Part shown: piece after piece, positions 55,042-64,000 of the stretch | Layout: each line of letters begins with the position of its first letter | Position numbering within the stretch: the stretch's first letter is position 1 | Sequence record: ON212266.1 | Strand: one strand, 5' to 3' | DNA length: 64,000 nt | Source: Enterobacter phage fGh-Ecl02 | The notes under the pieces: generated by a model | What the model was told of the DNA's origin: nothing | What the model saw: the letters and a program-made list of their open reading frames with translations, nothing else | The model's database searches: none | Position numbers and translations under genes: made by a program

Positions 55042-56382
55042 CTATAGGCCAAGAGCCTTTTCAAGGTCATCAAGGTCTTCAGTGTAAAGATCGATGTCCT
55101 CTTTCTTACTTAATTCCTTATGTTGTGCTTCAAGGTTCTCAATCTGCTTGAGTAGGCGCTCACGGGCGTCCAGAGTAATAGACGACAGAGGCATCTTGAA
55201 CAACTCGTCAAGATCACCACCAAAGTCCGGGTGGTCCTGCATGAACAGAGACTTCAGCACGTCAATCTTTTGGCGGAGATCAACACGCGTCGCCCATTCA
55301 ATGAACACCGCCCGGTCACCCAGCTTGCGGATCCTGTCTGCCATGTCCTTCAACAGATACTGGCGACGGTCTTCGTACCGTGACAGGCGATAATTGAAGA
55401 ACGGCAGCAACATGTCCCGCCAACCAGAATAACGATGAATAACACCATCTTCATCCCATGCTGTCCACACAGGCTTGGTGGCTGAATACAGCTTGAACAT
55501 CTGCTCAACCTGCTCGTCACTCAGCTTAGAGAGTTCGCCGCGCTTAAACACAACCGTGATATCCCAGCCATCTTCTGTCGTGTCGTTGGCGTACTCGGTG
55601 AGGATACCAGCCTTGTACAGAGGCAGCAACACCTTGGTCTCATAGGTCTTGGCAAACCAACCCACTGGGACTTCGGTGATATGCAGGGTCGTGGCATTGA
55701 CGCGACGGAAGATGCCGCGACTGTATGCTCTTCCTTCCTCAGTATAGCCTGTCTCTCCTTTGAAGCCGTTCCAGTACGGTTTTAAGTCTTTCGGGTCTTC
55801 GCCACGGAGAAGCGCTCTCAGGGCATTCAGCACGGACTTAACGCAATGACACGGGGTGTCGGTGGAATATCCGGTGCCGATACCATTGATCCCATTCACC
55901 AGGAACATGGGCAGGATGGGTAGAAAGAACTTCGGCTCCAGTCTTTCTTCACCAAGGTAGTTGTATTCCAAGATACCCTCATCCTCCTTGCGGAAGATCT
56001 TGCGGATAACGTCAGATACAGCGACGGATATGTATCGGGCAGATGAAGCATCACGCCCCATGATAGAACCAAACTGGCCATCGCGGTCAAAGTACGGGAT
56101 GTTGTTCGTGCCTGGGAACCCCTGAGCCATGTTCACGATAGTGCCGCTCATGTTCTCACCACCAGACTTGTAGTTGGTGCGAGCGGCGGCGAACATACCA
56201 AGGCGGTCAACAATCTCCTCCTTGTTGTACTCAAGAGCAGCGAAAAGGATCTTGCGCTGGCTTGGCTTGAGGCTGTCAATCAGCTGAGGGATTTGACGGA
56301 TGCTGTTGACCACAGAAAACTGCTTATGGTCAGTGTTGACAAAGTCCGTTACAGTAATGCTCTTAGCAACCATCTTATTCAT
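55042..56382 (-). CDS. 52: DNA topoisomerase II medium subunit gp52 (GyrA-like)
   Basis: Active-site region and size (about 446 aa from MNKMVAKS) match T4 gp52; 8 nt overlap with gp39. Confidence 0.8.
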   Translation of the reverse strand: MNKMVAKSITVTDFVNTDHKQFSVVNSIRQIPQLIDSLKPSQRKILFAALEYNKEEIVDRLGMFAAARTNYKSGGENMSGTIVNMAQGFPGTNNIPYFDRDGQFGSIMGRDASSARYISVAVSDVIRKIFRKEDEGILEYNYLGEERLEPKFFLPILPMFLVNGINGIGTGYSTDTPCHCVKSVLNALRALLRGEDPKDLKPYWNGFKGETGYTEEGRAYSRGIFRRVNATTLHITEVPVGWFAKTYETKVLLPLYKAGILTEYANDTTEDGWDITVVFKRGELSKLSDEQVEQMFKLYSATKPVWTAWDEDGVIHRYSGWRDMLLPFFNYRLSRYEDRRQYLLKDMADRIRKLGDRAVFIEWATRVDLRQKIDVLKSLFMQDHPDFGGDLDELFKMPLSSITLDARERLLKQIENLEAQHKELSKKEDIDLYTEDLDDLEKALGL

Positions 56383-58285
56383 CCTCAGTCTCAAATAGAC
56401 AAACATCGCTAAACCAGGTTTTGCGGTAATCGGCGGCCTCATCACCGAAGCCATTCTTCAGTGACTGTTGATAGCCATCGTCCAGCGTGACTGTCGTAGT
56501 ATACGCATCCAGGTTGTTTAGAATACGTTTGAAGTCTTCAGTGCTGTTACCACCCAGACCTTTCAGATATTTCTTCTTCGTGATCTTCTTGGCATCAGGC
56601 GTCTTCAGGAACTCCTCATACTCTGCGTTGTTCATGAACTCATGCATCACCTTACCACACCACACACGCATGTAAGGGGTGCGCAGGAGCTTCAGCCTGC
56701 CCTGACGGACGTACTCCGGCCAGTAGGTGCAATACAGGGTGATCAACAACCCACGGATGTGGATGCCGTCATCGTCCGCATCGGTAGCCACAACAGTCTG
56801 TGGGTAACGGGTGATATCAAGGGGCTGGCCTGGCACTGCGCCGCCATGGATCGTACACAGGTTCTTGAACTCTTCATTGTTCATCACCTTTGAGCGCGGG
56901 GCGTTCAGGCAGTTGATGAACTTACCACGAAGCGGGAACAACCCGATCTTCTTGGTGTCGCGGGCGTTCAGGATAGGATTGGAGGCACTATCACCCTCTG
57001 TCAGCAACAGGGAGCATCCGCTGCGGTCACCACGGGCGGTCGCCGGGTAATACTTCTCAATCTCACGATAATCCCGCTTGCTGATGTCCTTCTTGGCCTT
57101 TTCAAACTCAGCATCATCCTGCTCATTGCGCAGGGAAGCCAGTTCTTTGCTCAGACCAGCCGTAACGAACTCAAGCGCCTTGCGGATCAGTTTATCGCTG
57201 GGCTTGTACGACGTGCCGAACTGGCTAACAGGAGTGGTCATGCGCTCCTTGGTCTGGCTGTCAAAGCGCGGGTTGTTGATGTCGGCGGCGATGAACAAGG
57301 ACATGTGGTTCTTGATCATTGCTGGCTTCAGTTCGGTCTTGAACTTCTTCACCAGCTGAGGACGAATCGCTGCCACGATCTGGTCGGCAACATAATCAAC
57401 GTGAGGACCACCGATGTGGGTGGCAATAGAGTTCACGTATGATGCGTGCATGAACGTACCGGATGAAGGGGCTACAGCAACAGACCAATCCCCGGTTTCG
57501 TCAACAGCCGAGCCAGCATGGAAGTAATCAACGAAGTGACCAAAGCGGTCAATCCGGATTTGCTTCCCGTTGAGAACAATCTTCAGGCGCGGGTTACACG
57601 CAGCCACTTCAAACGCGCGGCGATAGATCATCAGCAGGTTGTTCTGGTCAAGTCCTTTGACGCCCAGGCGAGCATAGTCGGGGATCCAGGCGATGGATGT
57701 GCCAGGACTGTTCACGTTGCTGATGACTGGGTTAGATTTCTTGCTCATGTTGTCTTCAAACGTCTGAGTATAAGACTTCTTGCCGTCATTAGTCGTGACG
57801 CGGAACCATTTGGAGAACACGTTGACGAGGGACGCCCCTTCGCCATTCTGACCACCGGACTTCTGGTTGTTGTACTCTTCGTCTTCGTCGTTGAAGTTCG
57901 ATCCCGCATATAGAGAGCCGAACAACATTTCAGGAAGCCACTCGTTGGTGACGCCATGCTTGACCACAGGGATGCCCCCGTTGTCAGCAACGATGATTTG
58001 ACCGTTCATCGGGGAAACTGTGACGGTGATTTCCGTCAGGGATTTGCCCTCAGGGGTCTTGCTGTGGTCAACACAGTTGGTGATGATTTCATCAAACTGT
58101 TTGATCAGCGCGGGGGAGTACTCAAAGTTGTCACGGAAGATGACTTTGTCCTTAGTTGGGTCATACACCCACACCGTCCCCACAGACGAACGAATACTGC
58201 CCAGATGACGCTCTGGGCGGAGTAGGATATGCTCAACGTGAGTGAGCTTCTTGTACTTGCGTTCAATATCAATTTTGTTGGACAT
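56375..58285 (-). CDS. 39: DNA topoisomerase II large subunit gp39 fused with the gp60 region (GyrB-like ATPase plus Toprim)
   Basis: GHKL ATPase N-terminus and Toprim; 636 aa against T4 gp39 605 aa plus gp60 160 aa; continuous ORF. Confidence 0.85.
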   Translation of the reverse strand: MSNKIDIERKYKKLTHVEHILLRPERHLGSIRSSVGTVWVYDPTKDKVIFRDNFEYSPALIKQFDEIITNCVDHSKTPEGKSLTEITVTVSPMNGQIIVADNGGIPVVKHGVTNEWLPEMLFGSLYAGSNFNDEDEEYNNQKSGGQNGEGASLVNVFSKWFRVTTNDGKKSYTQTFEDNMSKKSNPVISNVNSPGTSIAWIPDYARLGVKGLDQNNLLMIYRRAFEVAACNPRLKIVLNGKQIRIDRFGHFVDYFHAGSAVDETGDWSVAVAPSSGTFMHASYVNSIATHIGGPHVDYVADQIVAAIRPQLVKKFKTELKPAMIKNHMSLFIAADINNPRFDSQTKERMTTPVSQFGTSYKPSDKLIRKALEFVTAGLSKELASLRNEQDDAEFEKAKKDISKRDYREIEKYYPATARGDRSGCSLLLTEGDSASNPILNARDTKKIGLFPLRGKFINCLNAPRSKVMNNEEFKNLCTIHGGAVPGQPLDITRYPQTVVATDADDDGIHIRGLLITLYCTYWPEYVRQGRLKLLRTPYMRVWCGKVMHEFMNNAEYEEFLKTPDAKKITKKKYLKGLGGNSTEDFKRILNNLDAYTTTVTLDDGYQQSLKNGFGDEAADYRKTWFSDVCLFETEDE

Positions 58286-58334
58286 CGGCCTATCCCGTCA
58301 ATGGTAAACACACAAGATTATGTATGGGGTCGGC

Positions 58335-58916
58335 TTATAGACCAAATTTGCTACGCCACTTTTCAACCTTGTGTTCAATAGCGTGCTCCACTTTAATGCG
58401 AGTGGCCATCAAAGAGGATCCACGGATTGCCCCTTCCCCACACCCCATGCGCGCAACATGCTTGATTAGGTCATTGACGAGTTGATCCAATCTGTCTTGA
58501 CTGCGATAAGGCTGGTTGCACAATCGGATAATCCGGCCATGATAATGATGGATAAGATTCAGATGCTTTTGAGGATCACGATCAATCAGACGGAACCAGT
58601 CTTCTTCCAACAGATTAGAAGAAATATCGTTCACTGTCGCCATGTGGTTGATGACAGAGTCGATCATTTCGGCCTTGTTCAGAGAGCCGCGCAATTGGAC
58701 GTCGTCATAATCCATGACGTACAGAAGGTCAATAGCAGAGATAATGACATCAGCAACTTCGCCATTCAACGGCTCGGAAGATGCTATGCCATGAAACACA
58801 TCAGACAGTTCACAGATCTCTTCACCTAGTTTGTTCAGAACAAACACAGGCGAACGGTCTGGGGTATGAGCAGTGCAGTCATAAGAAGTGTCGACGATAG
58901 TGTGTAGAAATTTCAT
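58335..58916 (-). CDS. Hypothetical protein, possibly MazG-like all-alpha NTP pyrophosphohydrolase
   Basis: EPLNGEVADVIISAIDLLYVMD resembles the MazG EE/D motif region. Confidence 0.35.
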   Translation of the reverse strand: MKFLHTIVDTSYDCTAHTPDRSPVFVLNKLGEEICELSDVFHGIASSEPLNGEVADVIISAIDLLYVMDYDDVQLRGSLNKAEMIDSVINHMATVNDISSNLLEEDWFRLIDRDPQKHLNLIHHYHGRIIRLCNQPYRSQDRLDQLVNDLIKHVARMGCGEGAIRGSSLMATRIKVEHAIEHKVEKWRSKFGL

Positions 58917-59416
58917 TTCAAAGTTCCTTGTATGCGGAGACGATTAATGTGGGCAATGATATAGTCCATAGAGTTTTGAAAACTGTATTTCCCGTTCTGA
59001 ACATATGCATGGATCAGGGGTAGGCGACTGTACGCCAATCTGATCTTCAGACGTTCAGGCATTGTCTGGAGTTTCATACTAGTTGCAAATAGGATATCGC
59101 GCTTGAATTCTTCGGTGGACGGGTCCAGGACAATGACGCGAGAAGCCGCCAATCCCTGTCCATATTGCTTGGCCTCATAACCGTCGAGCAGGCGCAGGTT
59201 GTCATCCCTATACTTCAGCCAATACCAGTACCCCTCCATGGAGTTAAACACACCATGTTCATGGGTAGTCATTGGATGATGGGTAAAATGCGAGAGGAAG
59301 CGCCCGAGTTCCGTCTGGCTCCGGCTGTAGATGTTGAAGTGATTCTTACCCTCTGTTGCAGGGGTCATCTTGTTCTGTGGAACGCTCATTAACAGCATCA
59401 TGATGTAGTTTCTCAA
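58913..59416 (-). CDS. Hypothetical protein (start uncertain)
   Basis: N-terminal region lies in the conserved GAAACTACATCATGATG box. Confidence 0.4.
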   Translation of the reverse strand: MRNYIMMLLMSVPQNKMTPATEGKNHFNIYSRSQTELGRFLSHFTHHPMTTHEHGVFNSMEGYWYWLKYRDDNLRLLDGYEAKQYGQGLAASRVIVLDPSTEEFKRDILFATSMKLQTMPERLKIRLAYSRLPLIHAYVQNGKYSFQNSMDYIIAHINRLRIQGTLK

Positions 59417-59443
59417 ATCAAAGTATTGCTGTGTGTAACCAGT

Positions 59444-59641
59444 TTATTTCTTCACACACCCCAAATAGGAGCAGAGTAAACCGACAACAGAAAATATAAT
59501 GGCAAGAAGGTAACGAGTCACCTGCATTTGTGGTGTTGTAAGCAGGCCGATAACGCTTTCGAGCGCCAGGAACAAACACACCCCAGCGATTACACCGAAT
59601 TTGAACGAATTACGTTCTCTGTTAATTCTGAACTTGTACAT
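59444..59641 (-). CDS. Small membrane protein (65 aa, 2 TM)
   Basis: Hydrophobic helices. Confidence 0.4.
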   Translation of the reverse strand: MYKFRINRERNSFKFGVIAGVCLFLALESVIGLLTTPQMQVTRYLLAIIFSVVGLLCSYLGCVKK

Positions 59642-59664
59642 TGCGCACCTCCTGTTAGGGAAAT

Positions 59665-59682
59665 AGGGGAGGAAACTCCCCT
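59665..59682 (-). terminator. Stem-loop AGGGGAG-GAAA-CTCCCCT
   Basis: Perfect 7 bp stem between - strand genes. Confidence 0.35.
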
Positions 59683-59690
59683 GTAACTAT

Positions 59691-60191
59691 CTAGCCCAGA
59701 AACACTACTAAAGTCAAATTAGTGAGGGCGCTGCGGCCTTCCCGCAGCATTTCATGCGCAGATGCAAGGCGCTTGGGGTCATGCAACGTATCAGAGAACA
59801 CGATGATGTTTGCTTTATCGATGCCCGTGCCCATGTAATGGGAGATGGTTGTCGTGTGCTGTTTCTTGTCTACATCGGGCAATGATACATCCGCACCTGC
59901 TCGGGAGCGGAAGAAAGAATCGCGTTCACTAACGCTATGGAAGACACCCATGATGTTGAGGTTGTTCTCTGTCTGGAAATCATAGGACAGAATCTTCTTC
60001 AGCGCGGCGGTGTGCCCAGTCTGGCGCAGCATGCGATAGTACAGTATGTTTCCAGGACAGGTGGGGTCCGTCACACCTCCCCTCGATTGGCGATCTTTCT
60101 GGATTTCATACGCATCCAGGATAAGTTGTTGGACCATTTCAATATGGGCAGTCAGGGAGATTTCGACTTTACGTTTGACCATGGATTTCAT
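59691..60191 (-). CDS. Hypothetical protein (166 aa)
   Basis: Compact operon spacing. Confidence 0.45.
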   Translation of the reverse strand: MKSMVKRKVEISLTAHIEMVQQLILDAYEIQKDRQSRGGVTDPTCPGNILYYRMLRQTGHTAALKKILSYDFQTENNLNIMGVFHSVSERDSFFRSRAGADVSLPDVDKKQHTTTISHYMGTGIDKANIIVFSDTLHDPKRLASAHEMLREGRSALTNLTLVVFLG

Positions 60192-60258
60192 TTGGTGTAT
60201 CCTCAGTTAGGTTCCGCTCATGGGGAACGAGTCCATTATACACCGAATACCGGAAATG

Positions 60259-60283
60259 AAAAAGAGGCCGGAGCCTCTTTTGT
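60259..60283 (-). terminator. Rho-independent terminator on the - strand: AAGAGGC-TCCG-GCCTCTT + TTTTCATTT
   Basis: 7 bp stem with T-run on the - strand. Confidence 0.6.
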
Positions 60284-60309
60284 TAACCCATGATCATCGC
60301 GTTCATGGC

Positions 60310-60543
60310 TCATTCCTCTTCATATTTGCCTGTCCTGAAGTTCCACTTTCGCGCATTCTTCAGGTCGAGGTCTTTGAAGATGTTTCCAAAGATCTTTTGG
60401 AAGGAGGTCTGCTCTTGTTCTTCCTCAAGATCCTTGGGCTTCTTGACAGGCTCTTTCACCATACCGCCTTCGGGTTTCCCCACATCGGCGGTCGTGGTTC
60501 CAGGGGCTGTCGAGTCTTCAAGGAAGTCCTGGAAGCCTTTCAT
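60310..60543 (-). CDS. Hypothetical acidic protein (77 aa from MKGF)
   Basis: Compact operon spacing. Confidence 0.4.
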   Translation of the reverse strand: MKGFQDFLEDSTAPGTTTADVGKPEGGMVKEPVKKPKDLEEEQEQTSFQKIFGNIFKDLDLKNARKWNFRTGKYEEE

Positions 60544-60545
60544 GA

Positions 60546-61355
60546 TTAGACCGCAGCCATTTCGCAACGAGTAGAGGTCACAGAGTGGCCGTCAGCGTCT
60601 TCAACAACACACCAGTACTCGCCCTCGTTTTCGGCAGCAACTGCAGTGATAACCAGGCTCGCAGTTGCAGCAGTGGGGTTAGTGCCAGCATCGATCACCT
60701 CACCTTCACCACCAGGGACATCAGAGAAGTACCAAGTATGTGTGTATGGGGTAGTGCCGCCTGTAGCAGCGATGGTGAAGGTTGCGGATTCACCTGTTGT
60801 TACATCCTGAGAAGCAGCCAGATCGGTAGACAGAGACAGAGCGCCTGCCACTGTAATGACGGTAGAGTCGGTGTGGTCACCTTCGATGGTCACACCATAG
60901 ACTGTTACCGAGCCGGGGGCCAGCAGCTTGAATTTACCACTACCGATGTGCACAGCTTTGGTCAGATCGCCAGAGTACCAGTTGACGCCCTGGTAGGTCG
61001 CGTTCTCCGGAGCGACGACCGCCTTCAGTTCAACAACCTGACCGACTTCACCATTAGCAGTTTCAGGGGTGATGGTCAGACCAGTGGTCAGCACAGCGCT
61101 TGGGTCGTGGATTTCATAAGACAGCTGGAAGCCAACGGGCTTGGTTGGATCCACTTTGGTGACGCCATCGGCCTGCAAATTGCTCTTGGTCAGCAGTGCA
61201 TCCAGACCTTTACACTCAGTCAGGATCTCGTCTGGGTCTTGGTTAAGACTGGTCTTTTCCCAACCCCGAGCAGTACCTGTTACAGTGTGAAGACGCTCAG
61301 TTTCCGGTTTGTTGCGAACAACTTCCGGTGCTACTAATACAGTGATCGTTGGCAT
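60546..61355 (-). CDS. Hoc-like capsid decoration protein with Big_2 and Ig I-set domains
   Basis: Tandem Ig-like repeats; terminal GEYWCVVEDADGHSVTS motif (Ig Y-x-C). Confidence 0.5.
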   Translation of the reverse strand: MPTITVLVAPEVVRNKPETERLHTVTGTARGWEKTSLNQDPDEILTECKGLDALLTKSNLQADGVTKVDPTKPVGFQLSYEIHDPSAVLTTGLTITPETANGEVGQVVELKAVVAPENATYQGVNWYSGDLTKAVHIGSGKFKLLAPGSVTVYGVTIEGDHTDSTVITVAGALSLSTDLAASQDVTTGESATFTIAATGGTTPYTHTWYFSDVPGGEGEVIDAGTNPTAATASLVITAVAAENEGEYWCVVEDADGHSVTSTRCEMAAV

Positions 61356-61726
61356 GGTTTCCTCCACTCATCCAAATCGTTGTTCAGAGCCATCATCAGC
61401 TCATTATCTGGTTCGTATGAACCGGAACATAAATCATCGCGCCATACGCCTAATGTCAACAAAGCAGCCTTGAGGCGTGGCAACTGGGGCTTATCCACCT
61501 TCAAAACGAGCATACGGCAAGCGGCCTCTGTTTCGAACGTATTGAAGACAGTAATCAATTGATTGAGAATTAACCGAGGACTCTTACCAGGGACAAATCT
61601 CTTCAATGATTGATTAATTAGCGAAATCCGCTGAATGTCTACCAGCAGTTCATCCCACGAGACAGAATCTACAATATAATGCCTCAGTGCATAATCCATC
61701 AAGTTGCTTTCGTCAACGATAGGCAT
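61334..61726 (-). CDS. Hypothetical protein (130 aa)
   Basis: Compact operon spacing. Confidence 0.4.
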   Translation of the reverse strand: MPIVDESNLMDYALRHYIVDSVSWDELLVDIQRISLINQSLKRFVPGKSPRLILNQLITVFNTFETEAACRMLVLKVDKPQLPRLKAALLTLGVWRDDLCSGSYEPDNELMMALNNDLDEWRKPCQRSLY

Positions 61727-61756
61727 ATTGAATAAGTTCAGCTGTTGTACATCGGC

Positions 61757-62182
61757 TTATTTAATCTGCAATTTTTCGATCAGCTTCGCAATCAGCTGAA
61801 TGCGATCTTCTTCTGTGATACCCAGCGGCGCAGCCAACAACTTGAGATCATCTTCACCCAGCAGGTTCAGAGTCTCGACTGTGATGTTGGTTTCAATCAC
61901 AGCCCCGGTTTCAAACGGCTTGCCGAACTTGTCGCGACCATAACGCTTGAGGGTCGCAGCCAGCCCTGGAAGCTCCTGGAGGAGTTCCTTCGTGCCGTCT
62001 TGGTATTCGCACACCCAACCGTACCCGCCAGCGTAGACGACGCCTCCGTCTCCCCCTGGAGGGATGTTATCGATGGCGCGTTGTAGGTAGGTAGGCAACA
62101 CACCTTCCTCCTTCGCCTGGATGTCATCGACTGGGGCTTCGGTTTTAATTTCAACTTTCTTGACTTCAGGTTTCTTCGCCAT
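61757..62182 (-). CDS. Hypothetical protein (141 aa)
   Basis: Compact operon spacing. Confidence 0.45.
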   Translation of the reverse strand: MAKKPEVKKVEIKTEAPVDDIQAKEEGVLPTYLQRAIDNIPPGGDGGVVYAGGYGWVCEYQDGTKELLQELPGLAATLKRYGRDKFGKPFETGAVIETNITVETLNLLGEDDLKLLAAPLGITEEDRIQLIAKLIEKLQIK

Positions 62183-62367
62183 GTTTGGTTCTCCTATAGA
62201 CTGTTACGTATTTACCACAGCAATTGCAACAGTATACGTGCATCGCGTATCCTTCGCCTGTGAAGTCGCAACCACCACAGCGACAGAACAATTTCAAGAA
62301 CTGTTGGTCATGAACTTCACGGGGAGGAAAGTTCTTGTGGGAGTATTCCCTGGTCTCGCCTTCGAAC

Positions 62368-62392
62368 TGAAAGGAGGCCGGAGCCTCCTTGA
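62368..62392 (-). terminator. Stem-loop AGGAGGC-TCCG-GCCTCCT, with the same GGCCGGAGCC loop as the terminator at 60259
   Basis: 7 bp stem; related in sequence to the 60259 terminator. Confidence 0.5.
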
Positions 62393-62406
62393 TGGATGGG
62401 GTTTAG

Positions 62407-63969
62407 TTACTTGTACAGACCTGTAACGTCAATAGACTTGTGCTGGCGGTTGTACTCGGCGGTGTAATCATCCAACACCAGGTATTCACAGCAGCGGATT
62501 TTGCTTGAACCAAAATCATCGGTGACCGACACGATGTCTTTCGGGTTCAGCTTACAGCGAACAACGCGCTGGCCAACAGAACCGAAGCACTGTTTCAGAT
62601 AGGCCAGGGAGCACACATGCAGACCATATGAACACAGTTCAGAGTTGTTGTCGTTCACGAATGAGCGAGCCATCCGCACGATAGTGCCTGGGGCGTTGCT
62701 GATCGTGTTGCTGTGCTTGTCCATGTAGTTGCCGCGCACCGATTTGTAGAGGATGATGTCACCATCGTCGTCAATTTCGATGTCAGAGTACGCCATGAAC
62801 TCATAGATGCGCCCAGACTGAACCAGAGAAGCTGACGGGTTCTGGAACATTTTGTCCATAAACTTCGCCATGCGGTCCAGGTTGTGGAAGTCACCCTTCA
62901 GCATCAGCGCCAGTACACGCTTGGCGATGGATGTGCCTGTGATGTCATGACCGGACCAGCGGACACGGTTGTCAGACACGTCTACCAGACCAGCAGCGTA
63001 CTTCGCGATGGCTTCACGAGGACGCATCAGCGAGTATGCCAGCTTCACGTCTTTGTCTTTGATCGCCTGTACGATGCGGTCATAGGCCGGGTGTGAAGTG
63101 GTGATCGTTTCCGGCTTGCCGTCAATCGCGATAACAACGCTGTCAGGCAGAATCAGGATCTGGTGTTCGTTCAGGAACACGTCCAGGTCTTTCGCGCCGA
63201 AGTCCTGCTTGGTCTTCTTATCATCAGCCACTTCTTCAACGTCTTTGACAGCGACGGTGAATTCTACAGAAGACAGAGCCAGACGCAGGGTGCGACCGAG
63301 GATGCCATCAAAGTAACCAACACGGCGACGGGCATCCAAGGATCCACGGATAGGATAGGTTTCCCCGTCAACCACAACGCTGATTTCAACGTTGCTCGGA
63401 ACTTTGTCCGCACCTTCTGACAGTGCCACAGAAATTTCTGCCATCTCGCCGATAGCTTCAACATCGAAAGCGTAACTATCACCTTCCACAGGAGTCAATT
63501 CAGACTTTTCAAAGAAAGCCCCTTTGAAATTGCCGTCGTTAGTGAGACACAGATACTTGTTGTGGTTCGGTAGATATGCCCCAACATACCATTCTGTGCC
63601 ATCTTTGTCTTTAGCCGTGCCGCCCGGTTGGACCTCGAATACTTCCTGCTCTTCCGGCTTGATAGGAGAGATCACAGTTACCTTGTTTTCCTCCTCGGTA
63701 ATGCGGACCAACAGGGCACGGGCGATCGTCTTGGCGCTTACAGCAAAGAACTCAGCCAGGGCACGGTTGCTTTCACCAGCCTTGCTCTTCATCTGAATCT
63801 GCTGAATCTCTTCAGTGGTAAGAGATTTCAGCGATAACGGGTTGACACCGAGTTCCGTGTCTGCAACACGTTGTACAGTCGAGCGGGGTATGCCCAACAG
63901 AGTAGCAATTGCGCTCTGGCTTTTGCCTTCCTTCAAATATTTCAGGATCTTTTCGTCAATCTTGTTCAT
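62407..63969 (-). CDS. Hypothetical protein with N-terminal helix-turn-helix (520 aa)
   Basis: LKEGKSQSAIATLLGIPRSTVQRV is a classic HTH; no other motifs. Confidence 0.55.
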   Translation of the reverse strand: MNKIDEKILKYLKEGKSQSAIATLLGIPRSTVQRVADTELGVNPLSLKSLTTEEIQQIQMKSKAGESNRALAEFFAVSAKTIARALLVRITEEENKVTVISPIKPEEQEVFEVQPGGTAKDKDGTEWYVGAYLPNHNKYLCLTNDGNFKGAFFEKSELTPVEGDSYAFDVEAIGEMAEISVALSEGADKVPSNVEISVVVDGETYPIRGSLDARRRVGYFDGILGRTLRLALSSVEFTVAVKDVEEVADDKKTKQDFGAKDLDVFLNEHQILILPDSVVIAIDGKPETITTSHPAYDRIVQAIKDKDVKLAYSLMRPREAIAKYAAGLVDVSDNRVRWSGHDITGTSIAKRVLALMLKGDFHNLDRMAKFMDKMFQNPSASLVQSGRIYEFMAYSDIEIDDDGDIILYKSVRGNYMDKHSNTISNAPGTIVRMARSFVNDNNSELCSYGLHVCSLAYLKQCFGSVGQRVVRCKLNPKDIVSVTDDFGSSKIRCCEYLVLDDYTAEYNRQHKSIDVTGLYK

Positions 63970-64000
63970 CTTGTAGTTCCCACGTTGGTTAACAGGACTA

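Noticed and set aside
56375-58285. Gene 60-style translational bypass or split topoisomerase
   Set aside because: A single uninterrupted ORF covers the gp39 and gp60 equivalents. There is no in-frame stop and take-off/landing codon pair.
62407-63969. Calling the 520-aa HTH protein RIIB/RIIA because it lies near the topoisomerase genes, as rII does in T4
   Set aside because: There is no GHKL ATPase motif (rIIA) and no similarity to rIIB that I could see. Only the positional analogy exists.
1-64000. CRISPR arrays, IS elements or transposases, integrase and attachment sites, and toxin-antitoxin pairs
   Set aside because: I saw none of these:
- No direct-repeat/spacer arrays.
- No DDE or serine/tyrosine recombinase motifs.
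- No tRNA-linked att-like repeats.
The region looks like a lytic T4-like core.

Overview
This 64 kb window is a contiguous segment of a T4-superfamily myovirus genome. Codon usage looks enterobacterial and GC is about 50%. Gene content resembles the distant T4 relatives of the ViI/Ackermannviridae type, but the family cannot be fixed without a database search. The segment is gene-dense, about 95 CDS, with no rRNA, tRNA, CRISPR or transposon.

Strand organisation:
- Roughly 1-19 kb is on the + strand: recombination nuclease gp47/gp46, primase gp61, endolysin, PhoH, and the NrdA/NrdB/glutaredoxin operon.
- 19.2-22.6 kb is a short - strand baseplate block: gp25, a gp5 hub carrying a CHAP/NlpC-P60 domain, and a gp26-like protein.
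- 22.6-42.6 kb returns to the + strand: gp32, a nucleotide-modification cluster, UvsX, helicase gp41, ligase gp30 and a gp59-like loader.
- 42.6-64 kb is on the - strand: tape measure and baseplate genes, gp4 (on the +), dCMP deaminase, a QueC-like protein, a macro-domain protein, topoisomerase gp52 and a fused gp39/60, and a Hoc-like Ig protein.

Regulatory signals include two exact T4-type late promoters (TATAAATA), several sigma70-like early promoters, and more than 15 stem-loop terminators.

The most interesting signals are:
1. A nucleotide-modification cluster: P-loop kinase, then thymidylate-synthase-fold pyrimidine hydroxymethylase, then gp1-like dNMP kinase, then gp56-like NTP pyrophosphatase, with dCMP deaminase elsewhere. 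It carries an extra P-loop kinase that T4 lacks. This points to 5-hydroxymethyl-pyrimidine DNA and possibly a hypermodified thymidine.
2. A solitary QueC-like PP-loop ATPase, a 7-deazaguanine pathway enzyme.
3. A macro domain plus a DUF4326-like gene, suggesting ADP-ribose processing.
4. A set of conserved non-coding motifs: an identical 17-mer translation-initiation box GGAACTATATCATGACA, an AATTCAAT...TATAAT promoter-like architecture, TATAAT embedded in hairpins, and a shared TATAATAGCAGC element.

Coordinates for CDS follow the supplied ORF track. Motif coordinates read directly from the sequence may be off by 1-2 nt.
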